From NCBI GenBank assembly GCA_036375695.1, contig DASVBU010000025.1, positions 1,879-65,878 on the forward strand: DNA of 64,000 nt, in the 5' to 3' direction. Under the pieces are notes generated by a model. That model searched no databases. It had not been told where the DNA came from and saw only the letters and a list, made by a program, of their open reading frames with translations. The DNA is from Acidimicrobiia bacterium. GTDB taxonomy: Bacteria > Actinomycetota > Acidimicrobiia > Spongiisociales > ZC4RG35. Shown in pieces: positions 1-9,474 of the stretch. A program made the position numbers and the translations under genes. Each line of letters begins with the position of its first letter. Position 1 is the stretch's first letter.

Positions 1-396
1 ATCAAGAGCCGCGGCGTCTACGAGACCCCGGGAGGCACCGTGATGCACATGGCACGAAGGGCAGTGGAGTCGATCGTGCTCGACCGAGAGGTTCTCGCCC
101 TGCGCAATTCTTTTTCCGGCCAATACGCCCGGATGGTCTACAACGGCTTCTGGTTCGCCCCGGAGCGAGTCGAACTGCAGAAGCTGATGGACTCGATCCA
201 GCGCCGGGTCACGGGAGAGGCCCGGCTCAAGCTGTACAAGGGGTCCGTCACCGTCACCGGCCGACGATCGCCCAACTCCATCTACGACCCCGAAGTGGCG
301 ACGTTCGAGGCCGACAAGGTGTACCGCCAGGCCGATGCCGAGGGCTTCATCAACCTCAACGCGCTGCGGGTCAGGGGCTACGGGGAAGGCCAGTGA
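1..396 (+). CDS. argG: argininosuccinate synthase, C-terminal fragment (gene begins upstream of window)
   Basis: Frame 1 is open from base 1; the ORF track shows only the part from 40. The tail ...ARMVYNGFWFAPERVELQKLMD...KLYKGSVTVTGRRSPNSIYD...AEGFINLNALR is the conserved ArgG C-terminal region. Its stop overlaps the argH GTG start (GTGA at 393-396). Confidence 0.85.
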   Translation: MKSRGVYETPGGTVMHMARRAVESIVLDREVLALRNSFSGQYARMVYNGFWFAPERVELQKLMDSIQRRVTGEARLKLYKGSVTVTGRRSPNSIYDPEVATFEADKVYRQADAEGFINLNALRVRGYGEGQ

Positions 397-1730
397 CGCT
401 CTGGGGCGGGCGCTTCGCCGAGGGTCCGGACGCAACCTTGTGGGCGTTCACCACCGACGATTGGGACCGGCGCCTGCTCGACGTCGACATCAGGGGCTCG
501 ATCGCCCACGCGTCCATGCTCGGCGCCGCGGGGATCATCCCCTCGGACGAGGCCGCGGCGATCGTCGACGCATTGGGGCGCATCCTCGAGGAGGCAGACT
601 CCGGTGAGTTCCGGTTCACCGACGGGGACGAGGACGTCCACTCCGCCGTGGAACGCCGTCTCGGCGAGATGATCGGTCCGCTGGCGGGAAAGTTGCACAC
701 CGGGCGGTCCCGCAACGACCAGGTGGCCACCGACCTCCGTCTCTACCTGATCGGCGCGGGGCGCGAGAAGATCGCCGCCATCCACGCGCTGGTGGCGCAT
801 CTGGCCGACATGGCCGAGGATCACGCCGAAGTGGTCGTCCCCACCTATACCCATCTGCAGCAGGCGCAGACGACGGTCCTGGGCGACCATCTGTGCGCCT
901 ACGCCTGGATGTTGCTGCGGGACTCCGGACGGTTCACCGACTGCCTCGACCGGTTGTCGGAGTCCCCCCTTGGGGCCGGGGCCAGCGCCGGATCGTCACT
1001 CCCGTTGGACCGTCAGGCGACGGCGGAGGCCTTGGGTTTCGACCGGGTCATGCCCAACACGCTGGACGCCGTGGCGGCCAGGGACTTCGTCGCCGAATAC
1101 GTCTTCGCCTCCACCCAGACGATGCTCCACCTCTCCCGGTTGGCCGAGGAGATCGTCCTCTGGGCCAGCGCGGAGTTCGGCTGGGCGAAGCTCGCCGACT
1201 CGGTGGCAACGGGGTCCTCGGCGATGCCCCACAAGAAGAACCCCGACATCGCGGAGCTGGTGCGGGGCCGGGCCGCCACGGCGGTGGGGGCGCTCGCGGC
1301 GATCGCCTCCCTGCAGAAGGGGCTCCCGCTCACCTACAACCGGGACCTGCAGGAGGACAAGCGGATCGTCCTCTCGGTCGACGACACCCTCGCCGGCTCG
1401 TTGGCGGCGATGGGTGTGTTGATGAGAGGGCTCACGTTCGACCCGCCGGCGCCGCGGGCGGAGACCACCAGCATCGATCTTGCCGACGTATTGGTCGGCA
1501 GGGGAGTCCCGTTCCGGGAGGCCCACGAGATCGTGGGTCGGCTGATCCGGAAGCTCGAGGACGAGGGACGGTCCTTCGCCGAGGTCACCGACGACGACCT
1601 GATCGCGGTCGACACCCGGTTCCAACCGGGCGATGCCGCAGTGGTGGATCCCGAGGAGTCGGTTCGCCGCCGGCGCGTCGCCGAGAGGGTCACCGAGCAG
1701 GTGGCGGTGATCAGGGAGCAGCTTCGCTAG
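393..1730 (+). CDS. argH: argininosuccinate lyase
   Basis: 445-aa ORF with N-terminal LWGGRF and the fumarate-lyase family signature GSSAMPHKKNPD. It is translationally coupled to argG. Confidence 0.95.
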   Translation: MTLWGGRFAEGPDATLWAFTTDDWDRRLLDVDIRGSIAHASMLGAAGIIPSDEAAAIVDALGRILEEADSGEFRFTDGDEDVHSAVERRLGEMIGPLAGKLHTGRSRNDQVATDLRLYLIGAGREKIAAIHALVAHLADMAEDHAEVVVPTYTHLQQAQTTVLGDHLCAYAWMLLRDSGRFTDCLDRLSESPLGAGASAGSSLPLDRQATAEALGFDRVMPNTLDAVAARDFVAEYVFASTQTMLHLSRLAEEIVLWASAEFGWAKLADSVATGSSAMPHKKNPDIAELVRGRAATAVGALAAIASLQKGLPLTYNRDLQEDKRIVLSVDDTLAGSLAAMGVLMRGLTFDPPAPRAETTSIDLADVLVGRGVPFREAHEIVGRLIRKLEDEGRSFAEVTDDDLIAVDTRFQPGDAAVVDPEESVRRRRVAERVTEQVAVIREQLR

Positions 1731-1758
1731 TACTTGGTACTTGGTACTTGGTACTTGC
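1731..1758. repeat. tandem heptamer repeat (TACTTGG x3 + TACTTGC)
   Basis: Four head-to-tail heptamers begin on the base after the argH TAG stop. A weaker GGTACCA GGTATGA pair lies at about 1819-1832. Confidence 0.8.
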
Positions 1759-1833
1759 CAGAGGCGTTCCGGCGAATTCGGGTGACCGCCCGGCGACGTG
1801 CCGACAGGATGCGGCCGCGGTACCAGGTATGAA

Positions 1834-1856
1834 CTGATCGGCTGCGAAGCAGCCGA

Positions 1857-1860
<4 letters not shown>
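1834..1860. terminator. hairpin between convergent argH and korB
   Basis: Perfect 12-bp inverted repeat CTGATCGGCTGC-gaa-GCAGCCGATCAG. It contains the korB stop codon (1857-1859). No clear U-tract, so the terminator role is inferred. Confidence 0.45.
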
Positions 1861-2881
<1,021 letters not shown>

Positions 2882-2885
<4 letters not shown>

Positions 2886-4750
2886 TTCGTCATCTCCATG
2901 ATCTTGGCGGTGATCTCGGCGACCTTGAAGGGCTCACCCATCACCTTGTTCAACCCGGTGGCATCGATGAGGTACTCGGAGCGTATGTGCTTGAGCAGTT
3001 GACCGGTGTTCAGCTCCGGGATCAGGACCTTCGGGAACCGGTGCAGCACGTCGCCGAGGTTCCTGGGCAGGGGGTTGAGATACCGGAGGTGGGCGGTGGC
3101 CACCTTCCTGCCCTCCAGTCGGGCCCGCCGGGCTGCGGCACGGTTGGCCCCGTATGTGGAGCCCCATCCCAACACCAGGAGCTCGGCGTCCTCGTCTCCC
3201 TCGACCTCCACCTCGGGGATGTCATTGGATATGTTGGCCACCTTCCACGCCCGGCTGTCCACCATGAGCTGGTGGTTGGCCGGATCGTACGAGACGTTCC
3301 CGGTGATGGCCTCCTTCTCCAGGCCACCGACGCGATGTTCCAGGCCCGGGGTGCCAGGGACGGCCCACGGCCGGGCGAAGGTGTCGAAGTCCCTCATGTA
3401 GGGGAGGAACTTGCCGTCGGGCCCGTTGGGGTGCTTGGCGAACTTCACCTCGATCCCCGGGATCGAGTCGAGATCGGGGAGCCGCCACGGCTCCGACCCG
3501 TTGGCGATGTAGTTGTCGCTCAGCAGGAGCACGGGGGTCATGTACTTGACGGCGATCCGGGCAGCCTCGATCGCCATGAAGAAGGCGTCGGAGGCGGAGG
3601 CGATGGCCAGCACCGGGACCGGCGACTCGCCGTGACGCCCGTACAGCGAGAACAAGAGGTCCGACTGCTCCGGCTTCGTCGGCAGGCCGGTCGAGGGGCC
3701 GCCACGCTGCACGTTGATCACGATCAGCGGCAACTCGAGCATGAAGGCCAGCGAGATCGCCTCGCTCTTCAAGGCGATGCCCGGCCCGGAGGACCCGGTC
3801 ACGGCGAGCGATCCGGCGAAGGCGGCGCCGATGGCGGTGCCGATGCCGGCAATCTCGTCCTCGGCCTGGAGCGTGCGGACCCCGAAGTTCTTGTGCCGGG
3901 ACAGCTCGTGGAGGATGTCGGAAGCCGGCGTGATCGGGTAGGTCCCGTAGAAGAGCGGGAGCCCGGACTTCTGCGAGGCTGCGATCAGGCCCCATGCCAG
4001 CGCCGTGTTCCCCGTGATGTTGGTGTAGGTGCCCTCCGGCAGGGAGGCCGGCTTCACCTCGAATGTGGTCCGGGTCGCCTCGGTGGTCTCACCGAAGTTG
4101 AAACCGGCCTTGAAGGCGGCCGCGTTGGCGGCGGCGACTGCCGGGTTGCGGGCGAACTTCTTCTCGATCCAGTCCAGTGTCGGCTGGGTCGGGCGGCTGA
4201 ACAGCCAGGCCATCAGACCGAGGGCGAAGAAGTTCTTGGAGCGGAGCACGTCGCGGCCACTGACTCCGGTGTCCTTGACCGCCAGGGTGGTGAGCTCGTC
4301 CATCGGGACCTCGATGACCCGGAACCCCTTCAGGGTGCCGTCCTCGAGCGGGTTGGACTCGAAGCCTGCCTTGGCCAGGTTGCGCTCGTCGAAGGCGTCA
4401 CGGTTGATGATCAGCGTCCCGCCATCCCGGAGGTCCTTGAGGTTCTTCTTCAGGGCGGCCGGGTTCATCGCCACCAGGCAGTCGGGTGCGTCGCCGGCGG
4501 TGAGGATGTCGAAGTCGGCTATCTGGACCTGGAAGCTGGAGACCCCCGGCAGCGTCCCTGCAGGTGCCCGGATCTCGGCGGGGAAGCTGGGAAGCGTGGC
4601 GAGGTCGTTGCCGAACAGGGCAGAGGCGTCGGTGAACCTGCTACCTGCCAACTGCATTCCGTCACCGGAGTCACCGGCAAAACGGATCACCAGACGGTCG
4701 AAGGTCTTGGTCTCGATACCAGGCTGTTCCGTGGCGGTGTCTTCAGCCAC
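2882..4750 (-). CDS. korA: 2-oxoglutarate/2-oxoacid:ferredoxin oxidoreductase, alpha subunit
   Basis: Motifs RFAGDSGDGMQ, YPITPASD and GGPSTGLPTKPEQSD. The ORF opens at TTG 4789, but GTG 4750 is preceded by AAGGAA at about 8 nt, so the start is placed there; 4789 remains an alternative. Confidence 0.9.
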
Positions 4751-4849
4751 TTGGATCACTTCCTTTGGGCCGCGCTCGACCCGTTTCAATACGGTCTTTC
4801 ATCGAGATTGTATCCCCGCGCCCGAGTCTCCAATTCGTGCGCAGAGCAG

Positions 4850-5971
4850 TCATTCCATCGTCGGGGCGGGCCGGAAACCTGAGAGCCCTTCTCCCTCCAA
4901 GGACCTGGCGAACGAGATCAGGAGGGGCTCCTGGTCGAAGGACGCCATGGCCTGCAGGGACAGGGGTGGCTGGCCGGTCCCGAGCAGTGGCATGGCGATG
5001 GCCGGGATCAGGGCGTGGTTGGCGACGTAGGAGAACCACGAGAGGACCGTGCGGTAGTGCTTGTCACCGATCATCTCCTCGCCGATCTGCTTGGAACGCA
5101 CCGGGACTGTCGGCGTGATGACGAGGTCGTGCTCCTCGAAGACGGACGCGAAGCTGTCGCGGAGGTGCCGCTGCCACTGGCGGGCGTCGGCGATGACGTC
5201 GGCTCCTGCGGCCTCGGAGTCGGACAGACGGCTGGCGACATCCTCCCCGTAGGACTCGCCCCGCTCCCGATAGGCGCGGTGGATCTCGCGCACCTCCTCG
5301 GCGATGGCGGGGACCACCAGACCGGACGGGCCGACGCCCGGCATCTCCACCTCCTCGATGTGGTGCCCGAGCCGCTCCAGGGCGGTAAGCGTCTCCCGGA
5401 ACGTGTGCGCCACCTCGTCGGACATGGGTGCGCCGGCGACCCAGGGCTGGGGCACGGCCAGCCGGAGAGGGCGAGGGCCGGGCTCCGGCCGGTCGTCACC
5501 GGACATGATCCGGTAGGCGAGCGCGAGGCTGTCCACAGAGTCGGCGAGCGGCCCTACCGTGTCGATCGAGGGGACGAGCGGGAAGACCCGATCGATGTCG
5601 ATCCGGCCATAGGTGACCTTGAGCCCGTACGTCCCGCACAGGGCCGCCGGAACCCGCACCGAGCCACCGGTGTCGGTGCCGAGGGCGATGGGGACGATGC
5701 CCGCAGCCACGGCGGCACCCGAACCACCGGACGACCCGCCGCAGGAGGTGTCGGGATCCCAGGGGTTGCGGACCGGCCCGAAATGGGGGTTCTCCGAGGA
5801 GAAGCCGAAAGCGAACTCGTGGAGCCCGGTCCTCCCGATGACCACGGCACCGGCCTTCTCCAGAGATGCCAGGCAGGGAGCCGTGGATTCGGCGACACGG
5901 CGATAGAAGGCGGAGCCGCAGGTGACCAGGCGTCCGGCGTGGTCGATCATGTCCTTGACGGCGATCGGCAC
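4850..5971 (-). CDS. amidase-signature family hydrolase (5' end unresolved)
   Basis: Motifs GVPIAVKD, GGSSGGSGAAVAAG and GTDTGGSVRVPAA. The listed start is a GTG that encodes the Val inside GVPIAVKD. The frame stays open upstream to 6088 without any ATG/GTG/TTG (see finding). Confidence 0.75.
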   Translation of the reverse strand: MPIAVKDMIDHAGRLVTCGSAFYRRVAESTAPCLASLEKAGAVVIGRTGLHEFAFGFSSENPHFGPVRNPWDPDTSCGGSSGGSGAAVAAGIVPIALGTDTGGSVRVPAALCGTYGLKVTYGRIDIDRVFPLVPSIDTVGPLADSVDSLALAYRIMSGDDRPEPGPRPLRLAVPQPWVAGAPMSDEVAHTFRETLTALERLGHHIEEVEMPGVGPSGLVVPAIAEEVREIHRAYRERGESYGEDVASRLSDSEAAGADVIADARQWQRHLRDSFASVFEEHDLVITPTVPVRSKQIGEEMIGDKHYRTVLSWFSYVANHALIPAIAMPLLGTGQPPLSLQAMASFDQEPLLISFARSLEGEGLSGFRPAPTME

Positions 5972-6074
5972 CCCCGACAGCGGGCCCTCCGGCCATGTCT
6001 CGGGGACGGTGTCCTCGATCTGGGTGAAGATGTTCAGGGCCGGTTGGAGGGCCCAGGCCCTGTCCAGGGCTTGC

Positions 6075-7142
6075 TCAGGGCTCGTAGGTCAGACCTCCGT
6101 CGTCGGGAACGAGTGAGATCCATGGCCGGCCTGGCGGGACCGGGATCGTGTTCCCCTGGGAATCTTCGAGCACGAACCAGCTCGTCTCGTCGGCGCGCTC
6201 CCAGGTGCCTTCGATCACCTTGCCATCGGCGAACACGAAGGCCCGCCCCGAGCCGACGGTGCGGGACGCGGGGACGGGCACACCGCTCTGGCCGCCCTCG
6301 GGTGTGGCTCGATACTGCTCCACGTAGAGGGCGACGAGCACGGGGACGCCGAGGCGGCCGGTCGTCCCTTCCTCGTCGACCCAGAGGGAGTCCTCGCCAT
6401 ATGCCGTGCGCAGCCAGAGGCCCTGGGCGGCATCCCAGGTCCACTCGACGATGTTGCCGGAGAAGTCGAGCCGGACGTGTGATGCGGGCGACGCCGAAGC
6501 GGGCATCTCGCCGAACTCCCACAACGGTGCCGGTGGCTCGTCGGGGTACCCGCGCTCGTCTGCGGCCGCACGGAGGGCGATCGTGTTGACGAAGAGGTTG
6601 TGAGGCGAGGAGTACTTGGAGACGCGGAACGTGGCCTCGCCGCCGATCTCACCGATCTGCTTCACGTCCCGGGCCGCGATGTAGGACTGGACCCAGCCCT
6701 GGGCCCCCGACCGGGCGAATGTCGGCTCGTTGAGGGCGGCGAGCAGGGAGGCGTCCGTGGGACGGCCCGAGCGCATGGGCCCCACGTACTCGCTGTCGGC
6801 CTCGAGCCACAGGGTGAGGAACCGGGTGATCCCCTCCACGAGGATCTCGATGACCACGTCGGCCTGCTCCAGACCCGACTGAGGTATGGCGGCCGGGTGG
6901 TTGTCGATCTTCACGGCCAGAACGCGTCTGTCCGCCAGCGTCGGGTCGGCGATGGGTAGCCCGGTGAGGGGGGAGGGATCACCCGCCACCGTGGAGCTGG
7001 TGGTGGTCGTCGGCGTGGTGGTGCTGGTGGTCGAGGTCGTGGTCGAAGTGGATGTCGTGGTGGGCTCCGCCGCGGGAGAGCATGCGGCAAGGATCAGGCA
7101 CAACGCGACCACGCTTCGTGTCAGGGATCGCATTGCGGGCAC
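6075..7142 (-). CDS. DUF3048 (YerB-like) lipoprotein
   Basis: Signal peptide with lipobox LILAAC, then a Thr/Ser-rich linker. This is followed by PLTGLP...RRVLAVKIDNHP...ADVVIEILVEGITRF, a pattern I recognise from DUF3048 proteins. Confidence 0.7.
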   Translation of the reverse strand: MPAMRSLTRSVVALCLILAACSPAAEPTTTSTSTTTSTTSTTTPTTTTSSTVAGDPSPLTGLPIADPTLADRRVLAVKIDNHPAAIPQSGLEQADVVIEILVEGITRFLTLWLEADSEYVGPMRSGRPTDASLLAALNEPTFARSGAQGWVQSYIAARDVKQIGEIGGEATFRVSKYSSPHNLFVNTIALRAAADERGYPDEPPAPLWEFGEMPASASPASHVRLDFSGNIVEWTWDAAQGLWLRTAYGEDSLWVDEEGTTGRLGVPVLVALYVEQYRATPEGGQSGVPVPASRTVGSGRAFVFADGKVIEGTWERADETSWFVLEDSQGNTIPVPPGRPWISLVPDDGGLTYEP

Positions 7143-7180
7143 TTTAGGGGCGAACCGATTCGTACCCGCAGTACCTGGCG

Positions 7181-7567
7181 TCAGCCCAGCACTTCGAGAT
7201 GGGGGAGGGCGGTGGCGGGTTGGTCCACCGACAAGGCCAGCTCGATGCCATCCACGGACGTCTTGAGGACGTAGAGGGCGTCGATGTTGACTCCGGCGTC
7301 GGCCAGCGAGCGGGTGAGCCGGGCCAGTTCCCCGGGACGATGGGGAAGGTGTGCGGTGAGCACCACCCGCTCGTCGTAGTGGAGACCTGCGTCCTCGAGG
7401 ATCCGGGCCGTGACGGCCTGGTCGCTGACGATGAGTCGTACCGTCGCCTCGCCGTCGAACCCGTAGGCGGTCAGAGCCTCGATGTTGACCCCGGCATCGG
7501 CGAGGGCCTCCGTGAGGGCGGCGAGCCGACCGGGCCGGTTCTCCATCGCCACCACAAACTCGGTCAT
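7181..7567 (-). CDS. ACT domain-containing protein (two tandem ACT repeats)
   Basis: 128 aa with an internal duplication: MENRPGRLAALTEALADAGVNIEAL and HLPHRPGELARLTRSLADAGVNIDAL. Confidence 0.7.
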   Translation of the reverse strand: MTEFVVAMENRPGRLAALTEALADAGVNIEALTAYGFDGEATVRLIVSDQAVTARILEDAGLHYDERVVLTAHLPHRPGELARLTRSLADAGVNIDALYVLKTSVDGIELALSVDQPATALPHLEVLG

Positions 7568-7627
7568 GTCACGACTCTACGCGTGAATCGGCGATGCAGG
7601 TCGAGGTAGCAACCGGCCAGGGGGATG

Positions 7628-8563
7628 TCAGCCCGGGGCAAGGTCCGCATGCCTCGGCTCGGCGCGGCCCCGACGCGCCAGATACCCGTGCCAGATGAGA
7701 CGGGCCGCGACCGCGCGCAGGGGCTTCCACGGCATCGAGAGCAGCTCCAACTCGTCCGGCGGCGGGATCTGGGCGAGACCGAGGGCCTCGGCCGTCCCCA
7801 CCTGGAGGGCGCGGTCACCGACGGGGAAGACGTCGAGATGCCGGAGCGCCGATAGCAGGTAGACGTCTGCGGTCCAGGGCCCGATCCCCTTGCAGGAGAG
7901 GAGTATCTCCCTCGCCTCGTGCTGTGGGGCGTGCTCCAGGGCGGCGAGGTCGAGGTCGCCCGTCGCCACCTGTTCGGCGAGACCGATCAGGTACGTCGAC
8001 TTCTGCCTGGTCACCCCTGCCTGCCGCAGGCCCTCGAAGCCGAGGTCGAGGAGATGCTCGGGGGTGACACCACCGGCGGATGCCGACACCCGGCGGAACA
8101 CCGCGGCGCCGCTCTCCAGTGAGACCTGCTGTTCCAGGATGAGCAGCGCCAGGGTGGCGAAGCCGGGAGGTCGTCCCCACAACTCCGGCACCCCGTGCTC
8201 GTCGACCAGGCCGCGGAGCGCGCCGTCTTCCTCGATGAGGAGATCCACCGCCTCGGTGAACACGGTCGGGTCGAGCCGCTCCACCCGGGGGAGCAGGTCG
8301 GCCACGGGCACCGGCCCGAACGCCCTGGAGTCCACGGCGGACACCGCGCCGTTGTCCGACGCCACCCAGGCCAGGTCGTCGGGAAGAGGCTGAGGCGGCT
8401 CGACGCGCCGCTTCACGAGCCAGAAGTCGTCGCGGTTGGGGTGGCGCAGAGCGACGACCTCCCCGATGCGGGCTCGCCGTGACGAGGTGGCCACGAACTC
8501 GTCGCCGGGGCGCAGCGAGGGCAGCATCGAGTCCTCGGCAACCCGGAAGCGGATCATGGCCAT
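7628..8563 (-). CDS. fusion protein: S26-type NiSOD maturation protease (SodX-like) N-domain + HhH-GPD DNA-3-methyladenine glycosylase (AlkA-like) C-domain
   Basis: N-terminal ~110 aa carry EDSMLPSLRPGD, WLVKRRV and SDN...VDSRAFGPVP, the Ser/Lys peptidase boxes. C-terminal ~200 aa carry ILEQQVSL, the helix-hairpin-helix CKGIGPWTADVYLL and FPVGD with the catalytic Asp. One uninterrupted 311-codon ORF, divergent from sodN. Confidence 0.75.
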   Translation of the reverse strand: MAMIRFRVAEDSMLPSLRPGDEFVATSSRRARIGEVVALRHPNRDDFWLVKRRVEPPQPLPDDLAWVASDNGAVSAVDSRAFGPVPVADLLPRVERLDPTVFTEAVDLLIEEDGALRGLVDEHGVPELWGRPPGFATLALLILEQQVSLESGAAVFRRVSASAGGVTPEHLLDLGFEGLRQAGVTRQKSTYLIGLAEQVATGDLDLAALEHAPQHEAREILLSCKGIGPWTADVYLLSALRHLDVFPVGDRALQVGTAEALGLAQIPPPDELELLSMPWKPLRAVAARLIWHGYLARRGRAEPRHADLAPG

Positions 8564-8610
8564 TTTCGGAGTATGGTCAAAAGGGTAAGGGTTGTCCGAA
8601 GGAGGAAACG

Positions 8611-9021
8611 ATGCGTCATGTGACGGTTGCCCACGCTCACTGTGATCTCTACTGCGGGGTGTACGACCCGGCTCAGGCGAAGATCGAGGCGATGTCGGTC
8701 ATGAAGGCCGCTCAGAAGTACCAGGATTCGGACGACCCGGTCTTCCGCGACCGCTGCATCCTGATCAAGGAAGAGCGGGCCGAGCTGGTCAAGCACCACT
8801 TGATGGTCCTGTGGGCGGACTTCTTCACCGAGGAGCATCGGAAGCAGTTCGAGAACCTCGACGACTTGTTCTGGCGGGCAATCCACAAGGCCGGGGACGC
8901 CAAGAAGTCGATGGACCCCGCCGTCGGCCAGGAGCTCATCGCTCTCATCGACGAGATCGCCGACATCTTCTGGCAGACCGAGAAGGCCAAGGACGCCGGG
9001 GTGTACCCGCCCAGCAAGTAG
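8611..9021 (+). CDS. sodN: nickel-containing superoxide dismutase precursor
   Basis: ATG 8611 is preceded by GGAGGA (8601-8606). MRHVTVAHA|HCDLYCGVYDPAQA is the propeptide plus Ni-hook, and the rest is the helical NiSOD body. The ORF-track start at 8479 is rejected as an upstream extension. Confidence 0.9.
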   Translation: MRHVTVAHAHCDLYCGVYDPAQAKIEAMSVMKAAQKYQDSDDPVFRDRCILIKEERAELVKHHLMVLWADFFTEEHRKQFENLDDLFWRAIHKAGDAKKSMDPAVGQELIALIDEIADIFWQTEKAKDAGVYPPSK

Positions 9022-9049
9022 TGCCTGGCACCGATCACTCGAAATCGGG

Positions 9050-9073
9050 ACGCCCCGGCGCGCGCCGGGGCGT
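9050..9073. terminator. GC-rich palindrome between convergent sodN and the PGPGW gene
   Basis: ACGCCCCGGCG-cg-CGCCGGGGCGT (11-bp arms), followed by TCTTCATT on the + strand. Confidence 0.5.
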
Positions 9074-9076
9074 TCT

Positions 9077-9298
9077 TCATTGCCGACCCCGACGAGCCGA
9101 CTGCTTGCGGGTCTTGCGGTCTTCGAGCTTCTTGTTCGCCCAGGTCTTGAGATCCGCCGCCATGGGCACGTCCTTGGCGAGGAGATGGATGCCGGCGGCG
9201 ATGGTGAGGAGCCCGGGCCCGGGCAGCACCAGCATGGCCGTCCCTGCCATGACGAGGGTCGATCCGGTGGCGATACGGGCCATGCGTGCGATCCGCAT
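9077..9298 (-). CDS. small membrane protein with PGPG(W)-type motif
   Basis: 73 aa with a hydrophobic core containing LVLPGPGLLTIAAG and a basic C-terminal tail. Family call is tentative. Confidence 0.45.
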   Translation of the reverse strand: MRIARMARIATGSTLVMAGTAMLVLPGPGLLTIAAGIHLLAKDVPMAADLKTWANKKLEDRKTRKQSARRGRQ

Positions 9299-9340
9299 GT
9301 CTATTCGACGCTACCCGGTGCCCGGAAGTTGCATTCCTGC

Positions 9341-9410
9341 GGCCCTTCGGGCCGCGCCCCCTCCCGGCTCCGCCGGCTCTCCCCCACTCCGCTGCCGCTC
9401 CGTGGGGGAG
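9341..9410 (-). repeat. GC-rich hairpin repeat element, copy 1 (inverted relative to copy at 44672)
   Basis: CTCCCCCAC-14 nt-GTGGGGGAG hairpin (9379-9410) plus flanking GGGAGGGGGCG-type tract on the reverse complement. About 28/32 identity to 44672-44703. Confidence 0.7.
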
Positions 9411-9415
9411 AAATC

Positions 9416-9443
9416 CAGGTACCCAGTACCAAGTGCCAAGTAC
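9416..9443. repeat. degenerate heptamer tandem repeat (CCAGGTA CCCAGTA CCAAGTG CCAAGTA)
   Basis: CCAAGTA is the reverse complement of the TACTTGG unit seen at 1731-1758. Confidence 0.7.
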
Positions 9444-9447
9444 CGAC

Positions 9448-9474
9448 GATTGAGGCGTCTACGACGCCTCAATC
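9448..9474 (-). terminator. hairpin at the metG stop codon
   Basis: Perfect 12-bp stem GATTGAGGCGTC-tac-GACGCCTCAATC overlapping the metG stop (9469-9471). No strong U-tract. Confidence 0.45.

Noticed and set aside
1731-1758. CRISPR-like array (also considered for 9416..9443 and 25361..25395)
   Set aside because: The units are contiguous 7-bp repeats with no spacers, and there are no cas genes in the window. These are microsatellite or REP-like repeats, not CRISPR.
8479-8610. 44-codon upstream extension of sodN
   Set aside because: It overlaps the 5' end of the divergent sodX-fusion gene. ATG 8611 has a GGAGGA RBS and gives the short propeptide expected before the His-Cys Ni-hook.
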